A stretch of DNA of 48,834 bases from Pseudogymnoascus verrucosus (GCA_001662655.1 KV460214.1); one strand, 5' to 3'; numbered from the stretch's first letter, positions 13,605 through 25,603 are shown. Notes: generated by a model from the sequence alone, not told the origin. Translations and numbers: made by a program.

Positions 13605-14439
13605 GGGGGGAGGGAGAGAGAAGTTGGATTATATTTTGGATGGAGCGGGTGTTTAGAGATTGTTATATGCGGATAATGGTTGGGCGAATTTGCAGCGAAG
13701 AACTTATTGAGCGACAATATACGACGCGAGCCGTCTACATGCACCAAGAAGAGAAACGACGTCTAGAGTCGCCAGATACCCGAATATACCGATGAGAGTG
13801 GAACAAAGCGAGGCTCCGGCACAGGTTCTGTAAATCGACCTATAAAACGACCTACGAATCGATAGACATACAACGCGAGTTTCCTATATGCAACAAACAG
13901 AAGGGAAATATTGGGGCTACAATCGAGAAGTCTAGTCGATAAACTCCTGTTAATTGGCACGGCTACGGCACCAGTCATTCATTCGCCAAATTCAACAGAA
14001 AGGAAGCTTACAAAAGGAACACGATTGATTATTATACATCCTACACCAGTTGATTAATTAAGTGCATCCATTCAGCACGTCAGAAGCGACGGCCAGAACT
14101 CGCCAGCTCTCAAACATCCCGCAAAATCGAGCGCCAGATTTATTCCGATTTCGCTAGAGCGTCTCGATGGGCAATACATATTATATTATTCGAGCATCAA
14201 TCCAGGCATCAATCGAAAAACCACCCATTACCCCCTATAACGCCATAACTCCAGTCTATCCGCCTACACAACCAGAGGCACCCAAACTCCAGAATGCCAT
14301 AATCTATATTACCCCCCCAACGCCCAAACCCCAACACAACACAACCATCAACACCACAAAAACACCACCGCCAAACACCTCATCACCGCACTCCACCACC
14401 TCCCCCCCCACCCCCACCCACACCCACACCCACACCCAC

Positions 14440-15453
14440 CTACCATTCACACCTCCCCCTCTGCGAACCCAACCACGACCTCTCCAACTCCTCCCTCCAC
14501 GTCCCCTCCACCCTCCTCGTCTCCTCACTCAACCTCACCCACTCCCTCTGAATCCGACTCTCCGCCCACTCATTCGGCACTTGCGTCATACTCACCAACG
14601 CCATCCCCCTCGCCTCCTCCATCTGCCACTGATACTTCAGCATCTGCGTCCCCGGCTCCCCCTCCACCCGACACGACATACACTTCTTGGGGACCTCCCA
14701 CCGGCCCCCGCGCCCCTTATATGACGGCGGCGCATCATCCGCCAGCGCAGGGATAACAGAATGCCCACACTCCTCATGCACATGCAGATACCGGCAAAGC
14801 GGACACGTCTGCCCTAGGTCCTGATCCAACCACGCCAGCAGACAGAGATGTCCAAACCGATGTCCACACGGCAGCGACGCCACTTTCTCCACCCTCCCAT
14901 CGTGCTCCTCCTCGCCACAGCGCGGGATCCCGGTGAACTCATGGCAGATGGAGCATTTGGGACCCGCGCCCGGAGGGGCTTTTTCCTCCTCCTCATCCTC
15001 CTTGGAGGCTTCTTGGGGAGACGAGGAGACTTCGATTTCGTGGACGGAGGCGGGGGCTTTGCTAGAGATGTCGGCGCAGGCGAGGTCGCTGGCGCTGAGT
15101 TCGAGGGCGGGTTCGAGGGTGGAGTCGAAGGGGTCGGGGTCGTCGTCGGCGGCGGCCGGGGGGGGTGGGGTGGGGGGTGCTGTCTCCGACGCTATCTCAG
15201 CGCTGGGTTGGGGGGGAGCTGGTGGTGGTGTTGGTGCAGTGGTAGGCTCGGGGGCGGGTGGTTCTGGTGGTTCGTCTGGGGTGACGGGGGGGGAACGGGG
15301 AGGGGTGATGAACTGTGATGGTGGTGGTCTGTCGGGTTGCATGGTGCATCGGCGTCGTTGGGCGGCTTGGGCGCGGCGTTTGAGGGAGGTGAGGGGGCGC
15401 TCTTTGGTGCTCTCGGTGTAGCGGTGGAAGAAGTCGGCGCGGAAGAATTTCAT
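14440..15453 (-). CDS. RING-finger protein (putative E3 ligase) with a Pro-rich N-terminus; start uncertain (15453 or 15342)
   Basis: CSIC..LPCGHRFGHLCLLAWL..TCPLCR, followed by HEECGH and CMSC. Confidence 0.85.
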   Translation of the reverse strand: MKFFRADFFHRYTESTKERPLTSLKRRAQAAQRRRCTMQPDRPPPSQFITPPRSPPVTPDEPPEPPAPEPTTAPTPPPAPPQPSAEIASETAPPTPPPPAAADDDPDPFDSTLEPALELSASDLACADISSKAPASVHEIEVSSSPQEASKEDEEEEKAPPGAGPKCSICHEFTGIPRCGEEEHDGRVEKVASLPCGHRFGHLCLLAWLDQDLGQTCPLCRYLHVHEECGHSVIPALADDAPPSYKGRGGRWEVPKKCMSCRVEGEPGTQMLKYQWQMEEARGMALVSMTQVPNEWAESRIQREWVRLSEETRRVEGTWREELERSWLGSQRGRCEW

Positions 15454-16859
15454 GGTGGCGTGATGGTGGGTCGGTGGTTGGTGGTAGTAGTAGGATTATA
15501 TCTCTTCAACAACGTGTCTAGAAATCAATATATAAATTTGAATTTTGTATACAGTCAAACGTGTGAGTGACGTTGTCTCAAATCTCGTGTGCCTTCCCAC
15601 TACCGTGATAGACTTGTATGGTGGATAAAAAAGGAGAACGACAACAAGCAGCCGAGTGAGCAAGAGAGAAAGAAGAAGAAGAAAGAGGAATAGCAGGAAG
15701 AAAATACTTAAAAGCGAAAGAGGGGTATCCAAACCATGCGCCGAGGGGAGGAAAGAGGGCTCTCACCATCCCATCGTCACCTTACCCAGGAACCCGTACC
15801 ATGGCACTCGCGCTCTTAGCACGCCGTTAGCAGGCTGTCAAGTACGCCCCCTAGGCCCCTCTTTCATTCCAAACCGCGTCACATTTTGCTGCTGGCGCAG
15901 TGTCATTTCGGGGTACTTATTTAGGTTCGACTCGTGATGGGAGGAGAGGGTGTTGAGATGGAATGTTTGTGGTGGGATGGTGGAGAGAGCACGAGTCGAG
16001 AAATGAGGGTGGTGAGGAGCACACTACACACCATATCGCGACCCCGTGATACTACCCCTTCTATCGGCGTCTTCCTCCACAAGTATATGTACATTAATCT
16101 TTCTATAATCGCAAAATATAACCCGTCTTAAATAATCAACAATCACTCACTCATATTACCCCGTCCTATCCACAGCACCGACAATATCCCGTTCCTGATA
16201 GACCTCTCTCTTACCTCCCCAAGCGAGTACCCGGCTGGATAATCTACTAACTCCCTCGCTAAACCCGGGCACTAGCCGCGCCGGCGCGTGTCGTGACGTG
16301 CGCGTCATCCGACGCGGGGGAGGCGTTTGACGATGTCTCAGGTCAACATGACGAGTGTATGCGCGTGCGCAGGTACAATGGGCATGGGGGATGGGGGGTC
16401 AGGCTATGGAGGGGGGTCTGTTGATTTGTTGGTTGGGGGGGGGGGGAGAAGCTAAGGTGATGGGTATAATAATAGAGGGGATGGGTAAATATAAGAGGGT
16501 ATTTAAATGGTTGGTTTTGTGGTTGGACTGATTAATATAATATGGTCTGAGGTACTGCTGGGTAGTTATTGTCGGCTAGTATTTATATTTATTAGTGTTA
16601 TTGTCTTATTTATATTCACGAAAAAAAGGCTAATAGTATTTATTATCAGTGTCATTATTTATTTATATCACAAAAATAAGTTTAATAGACTTTATTTACC
16701 AAGGCATATATATATAATAATATCTACCTATGCTGCTAAATATTTAACATCTCCCCACACTAAATTCATATATACAGTAAAATCATCACTCATACCCATA
16801 TCCACAACCTCCCCCCATTCACCCAACTATATGTACCCCCTCTTCGTCACTACACCCAT

Positions 16860-18949
16860 CTAGCAGACTCCCGAAGGAACAGTCGTGCTCTCCTTCCTGC
16901 CAGTAGATCCGCTCCCCCTCGACGCACCCTCACCCAGTCCACGCTTGGCAAACGCCTTCCAGAGCTCGCAAGCGTTCGAGCCACCAGTGAGCGCCTTATC
17001 AGCATCAATGATGGCATCACGGGCCTGCACGAATGTAGGGCTGCAGGGTTGACTGTTTGATATTAGCATCATGTTTGAGAAATAGAGAAAGGAGGGGGGG
17101 AAGAGGAGGGGACTTACAGAGCCATTCCATCAAGAACCAACTTCATAGTCAAGAACTTTCCATCTGTCGGCACCTTCCCATTAAACGTCGGCTGTCTTGC
17201 CTCGGAGTTGCCATGTTTCTCCACCAAATTCCAAAGCACCTCATAAAGGATAGTCGCCCACACCGTGCCAATAGTATGCACCGCACTCATCGTATTAACA
17301 CTCTTATACGTATACGGGTTCGTCGTCAAGCTCGTTGAGTACAGGTAATTCCTAATCCCCTTCGGATCATTCGCAATCCAATCACCCATCGGGTAATTCT
17401 TGGCCCTCGTATCCGCCTTCTTCAGGTGAATAGCAATAGCCATGAAATCTCCCCATCCCTCGCCCATGCCCCCCGCCTCGAGGACGTTGAGGCAGCCGGT
17501 GTTAGCGGGGCCGCCGGTAAGGCGGTTGGATACGCCGTGGGTGTACTCGTGGATGATGACGCCGGCGTCGAAGCTGCAGTCGCGGTAGGGCGTGCTCTCG
17601 TCCCAGATGTACATGCGCATCACACCCGGCTGTCCATCAGGCGGGGTAGCGAAGTTGGCATTGTTCGTCCCCGAGCCATCCTGGGCGTTGAGGATGACGG
17701 CATCGTTGCCCTTGCCGCCGGCGCCGTTGTTGTTGGTCTCGAAGTTACCAGCGGCCTCGTTGAAGCCGAGCGCGTGGAGCATGTCGTGGTACATGTTCGC
17801 GGTGTAGAAGAGCTGGGTGACGGATGCGTCGATGTACTTCTTCGGGTTGGTCTCGGCGAGGGAGTAGCCGTACTCGAATTTCGCGCCGGGAGCGTCGGGG
17901 CGGTAGTCGTTGGTCCAGCTGTTGTCGCCGTCGTAGTTGGCTTGCGCGATGCCGTTGTTGCCTTCGGTCATGGTGTAGGTGGTCTTTCCGTTGCCTTGCC
18001 AGGTGAATTCCGAGGCGGTCTTGTCGGCGGGGTCGGTCTCGATGGTGCGGCTGCCCTTGCTGGGGTCGTTGGTTCCCCATGGGCTGTGGGATGTTAGAAT
18101 AATAAATCATCTAGTAGGAAGCGTTTATACATACAAGACTTGGTAGGTAGCGTCGGAAACGTAGTTCACAACACCGTAAACCTCGCTAGCTCCTGAGGCA
18201 TCAACGTAGGAAAGCAGCCAGTTGTCCTTGAGATCAGTCTCCACTCTCCACGACAAAGACAGCGACCCGTCCTCCTTCTGGAAGTACACGAGACGAGCCT
18301 TGGGGTCCTGCTGAGCGCCAGTGGTTCCCTCAATGATGTAGTGCTCAAGCGCCTCCTCGGCCTTGGCCTGAGCGCCATCGGCGCTGATCTCGAGACCGAG
18401 GACGTTGGAGGCACCCTTCAGAGCGGCAACGGCGTCAACCTGACCGCGCGCGACCAGGGGGTTCTCAGATGGAACGTCGCCAGAGAAGAACGAGTTTCCG
18501 TAGGAGAAGACGCTTCCGTCAGCGGCGACCTGCGAGAGAAACTGTCAGATTATATCACTCTAAAACGGGGATTCATGGGGACGTACGTTAACGTTGAAAT
18601 CAGCATTGTCGATATCAAGACCGTGAGCCACCTGCTTGAAGTTGACATGAGCAACGCCATTGCTCCCAACATAATGGTCATCCACCACGCGAAACTCCGC
18701 GCCCGGCGCAACCTGCTTAACGAGGGCCTGCGCCGTCTCGAGATAAGTCCCCCTCTTGGTCAGAGAAGACACAATGCTCGACTTAGCGGTGAACCCCGCA
18801 TTGCTGTAATCAGCCTTGGTGCCCAGACGGAACGCATCAAAGTTGACCGCGCGACCATTGATGTCCCTGCGCGACGACACGAGCGCGGGGTGCGCAAGCG
18901 CCGTGCACGGGAGCAGCGCGACGAGCGCGGCGGCGGTGGTCAAACGCAT
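16860..18949 (-). CDS. Secreted fungalysin (M36) metalloprotease; exons 18949-18587, 18529-18135, 18083-17118, 17052-16860
   Basis: Signal peptide [13 protein letters not shown], propeptide ([19 protein letters not shown]), [15 protein letters not shown], zinc motif [26 protein letters not shown]. Three GT-AG introns restore the frame. Confidence 0.95.
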
Positions 18950-21075
18950 GGTGGTGTGAGGGGAGAAGTGAAGGATGGAAGAGAAGTAGTAGAATAGTCT
19001 GAACTTATCGAGCAAGAGCTTCCGAACCTACCTCTCAGGCGCAGCGACGGCGTCTTTATATACATCAATCCCATCCATGGTGGAGACAGCTCGAATCCGT
19101 GATCACCATCACGGCCCTGTGGCCGCCGTGCTAAATGCACCTCACAGCACCTCATGACAAGCTTCCCCCCAACGCACTCCCTTCCCAGCTTCCCGATTCG
19201 AGTAACTGCCCCATCGAGATAGACAGAACAGAGGCTCGTTGGCAGAGCTACTGCAGGCCCAATAAATGAAGTAGCATCCCCCGACCCGACCTACCTGCCT
19301 TCACCTCGCGGCGCTAAACCCGCACCGCACGCCGAGCTTTCCAACGAAGCGGCCGATCCCCCATCCTTCCCAGCAGCCGCCCAGCCACCAACCCTTCCTT
19401 CGAGAAGGCTGCCGAGCCACCAGCGCATCCTTCGATCGGGATAATCGTGTGGGAATCCCGAGGCCGGGGGCTGTGTCTCATCTAATCTTCCATCCCATTC
19501 GCCCTGAGACCGCGTCGTGAACACACGCACAGCTACCCTGCCCTCATCGTCGCCGCGTACGTACCTCAGCTGCTCCCCCGCCGGACCACACGCGACCCTG
19601 AGCTCCCCTCTCCTCACTCACACCAATAATAAACACACCCCTCGACCCCCATCTGATTCGCCTCCAACCCCCTCACAATACGACCGTTCGCACGTAGTAG
19701 CCTCACCTGCCAAGTCCCGACTACCGGACCCCATGCGCAGATTGGGAAGGTCAGTATGGGTGGCCACCGCAGCGGAGCTCGGCATGTGAGAACACCGGCA
19801 TGCGCGCGTCCAAGTTCATCGCGCCATCTGCCGCCAAGGCGCCGCACGGGGAAGCATTCGAGTCGGGGTGATATACTAAGCTCGTTAGCAGAGCCGTGAT
19901 ATAGTGCTGTGTGATAAGAAGCGTGCGTCTGTAGGGGTTGAAGCGTCGCCGCTAAGGTGTGGAGGGGGTAGGTGGCATGTGAGGGGTGCGTCGCTAAGAC
20001 ACGGTTTAGGAAGTTGGGGCGCAGGCACCGTCTGCTGAGTGGCTATGGGGGTCATGGCGTGCCTGACCGGATGGAGAAGCTCTGATGGGAAACGGTGGGC
20101 TAGCTGGGGGGGATGGGGGGTTTAGGCTTAATTTGATGGGAGGATGGCCCGATTAATAAGGTGTGTAAAATGTGTTGACTTATCTTTGGGGGTTTGGGGG
20201 ATTGCGTATTGTGTATTGTTTTGTTCGGGGTGATCGCCGTTGAGAGCAACTTCCCCATACAAATATGCCACAGTTGTAGGTGGCGGGTGGCTGTAGTGGC
20301 GGAGGCGCTGGGGCGGGGAGGGGCATCCACTATCTTGCCGGTGGGATAAGCATAACCCTTTTAAACAACAACTATTGACAACCCTTTTGTACGAAGGCAT
20401 TTCAAAGATACCGCTATTCTCTATAATCTGCCAGTTTTAGAATCGTAAATATATCCCTATCCTATCGCACTCAGTTACTCTAATCAGATGGTTGTTTAAA
20501 GTATGCGCTAGACTACGAGGATCTATACGGATTTACATGTCGCTTCACCCATAAACATAAACATCGCACCTATCGGAAGATCATACCCAAAGTAGTGTTG
20601 CAGTATCTTAAAGATGATAAACGTCTTTATTTGCTTTTTCTACGGCAAGGAGGGGGGGGGGGTGGTGTATTGGCACTCACTCCTTCCTTATTAAGTAACG
20701 TAACACTACTATAACACTACTATCTATACGTATACGTATACGACAAAAAGCACCTCGCCTTCCTTCCACCTTCTATCTATCCGTGCCATCGCTATCACAA
20801 CCAGGCTCAACTTCCAATGCAACATCTACACCTATAGCACCTACCACCCACTACTAAAAGTAAGCCTTACAAACCATTACATAGCGCCTCTACAACCTCG
20901 CCCCATGCGGCTCCTCTAACGTCTCCTCCTTCCTCCAAGCAACAGAGTAACAGTAACAACTTATACTTACCACCACCTCTACCAACCATCTCTCTCTCCC
21001 CCTACCGCCCTCAGCCCATCCCCTTCCTACACAGCAGCACAACAGTACATATACCCTACCAACAGAGAAGCTATC

Positions 21076-21136
21076 ACATACGACCATAGACTCAAGAGAA
21101 TTGGGCATCCCGTCCGCTCTGCCATACACAAGCTTG
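21076..21136 (+). pseudogene. 5S rRNA gene truncated or interrupted after nt 61
   Basis: 61/61 identical to nt 1-61 of the intact copy at 26201, then an abrupt switch to non-5S sequence; upstream TATA-like element retained. Confidence 0.93.
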
Positions 21137-21339
21137 CGTATCCTCTGGTTAATAGTCTCAATCGTGCCAATAGGCATAGCACGGATTCAGGGCCACTTAC
21201 CTTGGAGGTTCCTCCCTTATCTTTTTTTGGATCTTTCGTAATAGACCTATAGGATAGCACCGAAACCCTTCAGACTCGCACTCCCATATGCTACCATTCT
21301 GACCCGGTGCCCTGTGTCCTTACAATGGCCCTCCACCCA

Positions 21340-21410
21340 ATGATCCACCACTGAATTATCCACCACCTAATTATCCTCCACCTAATTATCCCTTACTCAA
21401 TGATCCCTAA
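21340..21410 (+). repeat. Degenerate ~15-bp tandem repeat (AATTATCCACCACCT-like, 4-5 units)
   Basis: aatgatccaccactg aattatccaccacct aattatcctccacct aattatcccttactc aatgatccc; reads as P-N-Y/D-P-P repeats, possibly a coding relic. Confidence 0.7.
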
Positions 21411-21527
21411 TACTTTTATCATTATTAGCAAATTACGCACCATGAGCTAAAGTTGGCAACTACAACCACAATTTGAGCCACAGTCTGAATTGCAACATGA
21501 GAACAACAGTAGTTTGTATTATTCATC

Positions 21528-21850
21528 TTATAACATATGCTCCCCATCCTCATTCTTTGCCTTCTTGCTCACATGGTTTAAAGCCTCGCCCTTCGTGTCT
21601 TGTATCTTTTCCTCATCATCTTCTCTCTTTCGTTTCCTAGCAACATAGTTTGAACGTAGTTCCTTAATACAATGCACGCCTTCAAAATGAGCTCTGAAAT
21701 CTGAAGGAGGCTTAAGATGCACGTTGCACATAGGGTGCTAACATTCTAATTCTGCATAAGTAGTAAGGTGTGTGTCAATATAATTAAGTAGCGTGGTTTC
21801 TTCATCCATTGCTACATTCTTTGTGATAGAGAAAGGCTCTTATCGCCCAA
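21528..21850 (-). pseudogene. Mutated C-terminal fragment of a C2H2-type zinc-finger protein resembling DUF3435 (Starship captain) tails
   Basis: Reconstructed with one frameshift and two TAG stops: LGDKSLSLSQRM*QWMKK(A)TLLNYIDTHL..LEC*HPMCNVHLKPPSDFRAHFEGVHCIKE..RKRKRE. Family assignment is from remembered motif similarity only. Confidence 0.5.
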
Positions 21851-21938
21851 GGGTGAAATCAGCCACAAGGTTAGATTGATATTTTGCAGGATAATAGGTG
21901 GATGTATGTCGCTGGTTTGGTCTATTTAGATTAATTAC

Positions 21939-22151
21939 CTACTCATCATACCCTAAACTGAGTGTCGTCGGGATCAGTGACTCTTTAGCGTTCCTATCCA
22001 AATACTTCCTCATCTTAACACCCGCAAACTCATGCTCAACGACTGTAAAATGACCCTGTTGTCCATTCGCCCTCGTGATATTCTTCAATTTGAACACCTC
22101 CTTCAGCATCGCAGCGAGCGCGCTCCCGACCAATCTCGCACCGAAGCAGAA
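21939..22151 (-). pseudogene. C-terminal fragment of a Ppo / linoleate diol synthase-type (dioxygenase-P450 fusion) gene
   Basis: FCFGARLVGSALAAMLKEVFKLKNITRANGQQGHF..YLDRNAKESLIPTTLSLGYDE*: heme-Cys segment and characteristic tail. No upstream gene body is present. Confidence 0.65.
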
Positions 22152-22920
22152 GAGTTCAGCTGGTGACGGTAGTTACGTCGTGCTTGACCCTGCTGAGCTG
22201 GTAGCTGGGTAGCTAGATATGGCTGACGGACCTTGCGGGGGCGGCGAGCAATCTGACTGGCTGAACTCGTCGAATTGTCAAGCGGAGTGGATTGGGGATT
22301 AGGTGGTCTGTGCTTCCCGGCCGAGGTAAATTGGTTATCTGGCAAAGTTTCTTTACACCATCTTCCTTTCATCATTAAAGATGAACAACGCAAAAGGCTA
22401 TTATCAATTCCCGACTAAGTTAAGCAATTTTTTTCATTTTTCATGATAGCTAGTGAAGCTGCTAAGGCATTGTTCTCTCGGGCTACTATTACCTTTTTTT
22501 CTCCTCGAGTTTCGTGCTTCAATTCAGAGTTGGAAAAGTCGTCGTCATGCTCCCCCTTCCCACGTCCCACGTCACTAACGTGTGCGGGGCGGTTATTTGC
22601 TGTTTAGTATTTTCGCTATAAAACATACCAACCCGACTAATTGTCGGATCTTTTGAAAGCTTACTCGGGTTATATATAGATTAGGCTTCCGTTACAGGGA
22701 CACGAAAGTCACGTGTGAAGGATGGGTATCCCTGAAACGGCCTAATGCGTGAACATGGCCTACTCCTCCAACACACCATTTCGACGACAAACAGACAGAA
22801 TATATAGGCAACAGCATACCGAACGCTTTCATTTGCTCATAATCCACTTGGTGTTGTTTACTCAGTCTTGCTCTGGAGGAGGTCGCAGCGGTTAGCTCGA
22901 GGAGCTCCTGCTCATCAAAA

Positions 22921-23771
22921 ATGTCGCAGAAATACGACACCCTCCCAATGGCACTTAAATACGACATCGGTCCCCGACAATTCCTCTTCAGACAGCCGTC
23001 CTCATTCTCATCCGCGACGTCAAACATCCCCCTCACCAAACCACCATCCTACATCCCAATGGCGCCCACCACCGAAGAACCCGCAGCCACCGCCGCGACA
23101 ACCACCACCTCCCTCCACCGCCTCCCCTCCGCACCCCGCCACTCCACCGACTCCGACACCGACTCCATCATCTCCACCAACGCCCGCCTCATCTACCCCA
23201 CCTCTCACCACATCGCCCAAAAAGATTACACCAGCACCATCTACCCCACCTCCTTCTTCCGCCTCCTCGCCGCCATCTTCCTCATCGTTGCTCTCTCCCT
23301 CTTCGCCGCCAGCGGCGCAGGCCGCGCCGTCCCTGCCATCGTCTTCGTCTCCCTCGCCCTCCTTCGCATCCTCTTCGTCTTCTTCTTCCACACCCCGCGC
23401 AGAGCCCGCTGGCTCGGCTGGAGAGGCGTCAACCTCGCTGTTGATTTCTCGCTCTTTGCTGGTATCTTCGGGGCTGTGGGGGGCGCATTCAGCAACCAGC
23501 GAAATGTTGCGGCGTGCGTCCTTGGCTGGGTTGGCGTGTGAGTTTTCCCCCTCCCTCTCCTTTCTAGCAGCTGGAGTATAGACTTGTGCTAATGGGGGTT
23601 TTTAGTTCTATCTTTGCCTTAGCGGCGGTTGATACGGGGCGTCCGACTAGGATCGCTTTTACATGGACACTGAGTCTGGATTTCTGGACGGGGAGCGGCG
23701 CGCTGTCGCTTGATGATAACTGGGTTGAGGCTAGGAGGCCAGAGATGGGTGGGAGGGCGTCACCTGTCTAG
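22921..23771 (+). CDS. Hypothetical multi-pass membrane protein; intron 23538-23605; start may be 23059
   Basis: About 4 hydrophobic segments; GTGAGT..CTAAT..TAG intron joins two ORFs in frame; codon style like core genes. Confidence 0.75.
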
Positions 23772-24592
23772 AGATGGTGGGGGCCGGGTGAATGGTGAGG
23801 TAAGGGGGTGCAGGTATGGGCGTTGGTGTCTATAACAGTAAGTTTTTTTTTTTTCTTTCTTTCTTTCACTTGCACGTTTGGAGAGCGGAGGGGACGGCGC
23901 ATATAATGATCTAGATATTATGTCAAACTAGTCGGAGGGCAGCTTAGGCTGTCTGATGGCGAAAATACTCTGAAATAGTAATGGCTGTCCCCTTGAGGAC
24001 GCTGGTGTTGGTCCGTTTGTTGTGTTGCTGCAAGTAGCATTGCTAGATGATGGTGACTGACTTTTATAGTGCTTTATATACGATACGGTGCTTGGTTCGA
24101 GTGGGTTTGAGGAGTTAGGAGTTTGCGGGTTTGGTGGGATACTTTGGATATTTAGAGCTTTTATGAATGGTATATTTTCCAGACATTTATACTTTTCCCG
24201 CAGGTAAAAGTGAGACATTAGATGCATAGGTTTTACTATGTAATTGCCTGATCCTATCTGATTCACCAGGCCAGAATCACAATCTGTTGCCCTTTGCCCA
24301 AGTGATCTTGAACTGTTCTTGGTTTACCCCACCGAATGTGTCTAATGCCGAATCTAGAATAGTGTGCTTATAACTAATTGCGGAAATGTTCGTGGAGCCA
24401 CGCCTTACTTCCCCATCGGCGAACACGACTGTTCCGACGGCTCATCTCCCGAAATGAACTATATCCCTGTTTCTAAAGTTACGAATTATTCATTCGCGCC
24501 CCACTTCCCGTCAAGGCCAACACCATCGATTAAGTATATGTAACTGACAGGACCCCAGTTTGTTCCGAAAATCCTTATTCCATCCAATAAAA

Positions 24593-25603
24593 ATGTTGCA
24601 GCCGATTTTCGCAAGGGCTTTGACTAGGCAACTATTGGGGAATTCGAGGTACTTACGCCCCATCCGAATCACTTCATCTCCTAGGATATTCTGTCGCACT
24701 TCCTTGAGGCGGTCTTTAGATTTCAACATGAACTCCTCAAGTACCAGATCCTACAGTGCCACCGAGCTGGATGTGGTGGATTTTCGCATTAGGAAAGACG
24801 GGCCAAGCACATTGCAGAACCCACACTACACATATGCCTTCCGCTATTGGGGATTCGTAATCATTCGAACTACATACACGCCAGAGTCTGATCTCCAATG
24901 GCCCGTCGCCATGGCGAAATTATCCGACTGGCTACTGTTGGAGATGAAGGAAAAATACAATACTTCAACTACAGATCAAGACCGCGTCATTGAGAAATTT
25001 AGGAACCTGATTGCGGATGACAAAGCACTGTATGATGGGATGCCAATGAACGATGCGATTCTGCACTTCGATGATATCCTTAATGAGCAGTATAATGTTA
25101 CGTTGAAGTACAGTTCGCCAGAGCATTTCGAGAAAACAAGGGATTTTCGGATTCCCGAGCTTGTCGAGCAATCTCTCGTCGAGTCTGACCCCGAGGTCAA
25201 AAAAGATCTCCTCGAAGCATCGTATTGGTGGCTCAACAGTCACATATGTCTTGTAATGGACGAGGAGTCGCTAGATGATCTCGTGGAGCTCCCTGTGGAG
25301 ATCCCTGGTTTCGATTTGACTTCGATGCTGCAAGAATTCAGGGAGGACCCTCACGGTCCTCCACCTGTTCCGCGGACGGCATATCTCAAAGTTGCCATGC
25401 AACATTCAGATTTCGATTTGATGGATCGCAAGCAGTATCATAGTGCCGAGGATCCGGACTGGTACGCTCAGTGGGCTAAATGGGCAGTTCATAATGGCTT
25501 GGGACAGATGCATCGGTCTTATGAAACTTGCGAGCTAGATGCGGGCATGAGATTGGAGCGACTATACGGGCAGCCATATGTCGAAATTTACGGGCAGGAC
25601 TAA
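24593..25603 (+). CDS. Hypothetical protein with a WGFVIIRTTY..SD..W motif; start may be 24728
   Basis: Uninterrupted ~1 kb ORF; the motif resembles an uncharacterised fungal family. Confidence 0.7.
   Translation: MLQPIFARALTRQLLGNSRYLRPIRITSSPRIFCRTSLRRSLDFNMNSSSTRSYSATELDVVDFRIRKDGPSTLQNPHYTYAFRYWGFVIIRTTYTPESDLQWPVAMAKLSDWLLLEMKEKYNTSTTDQDRVIEKFRNLIADDKALYDGMPMNDAILHFDDILNEQYNVTLKYSSPEHFEKTRDFRIPELVEQSLVESDPEVKKDLLEASYWWLNSHICLVMDEESLDDLVELPVEIPGFDLTSMLQEFREDPHGPPPVPRTAYLKVAMQHSDFDLMDRKQYHSAEDPDWYAQWAKWAVHNGLGQMHRSYETCELDAGMRLERLYGQPYVEIYGQD

Noticed and set aside
15915..15940. GGTTCGACTC, a tRNA T-loop-like motif
   Set aside because: Flanks do not form a T-stem or cloverleaf.
21027..21260. 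Minus-strand ORFs sharing SLCMAERTGCPILLSLWSYV with ORF 26086-26295
   Set aside because: Just the antisense translation of the 5S rRNA sequence.
23928..24266. 112-aa minus-strand ORF
   Set aside because: No motif or splice support; non-ATG start.
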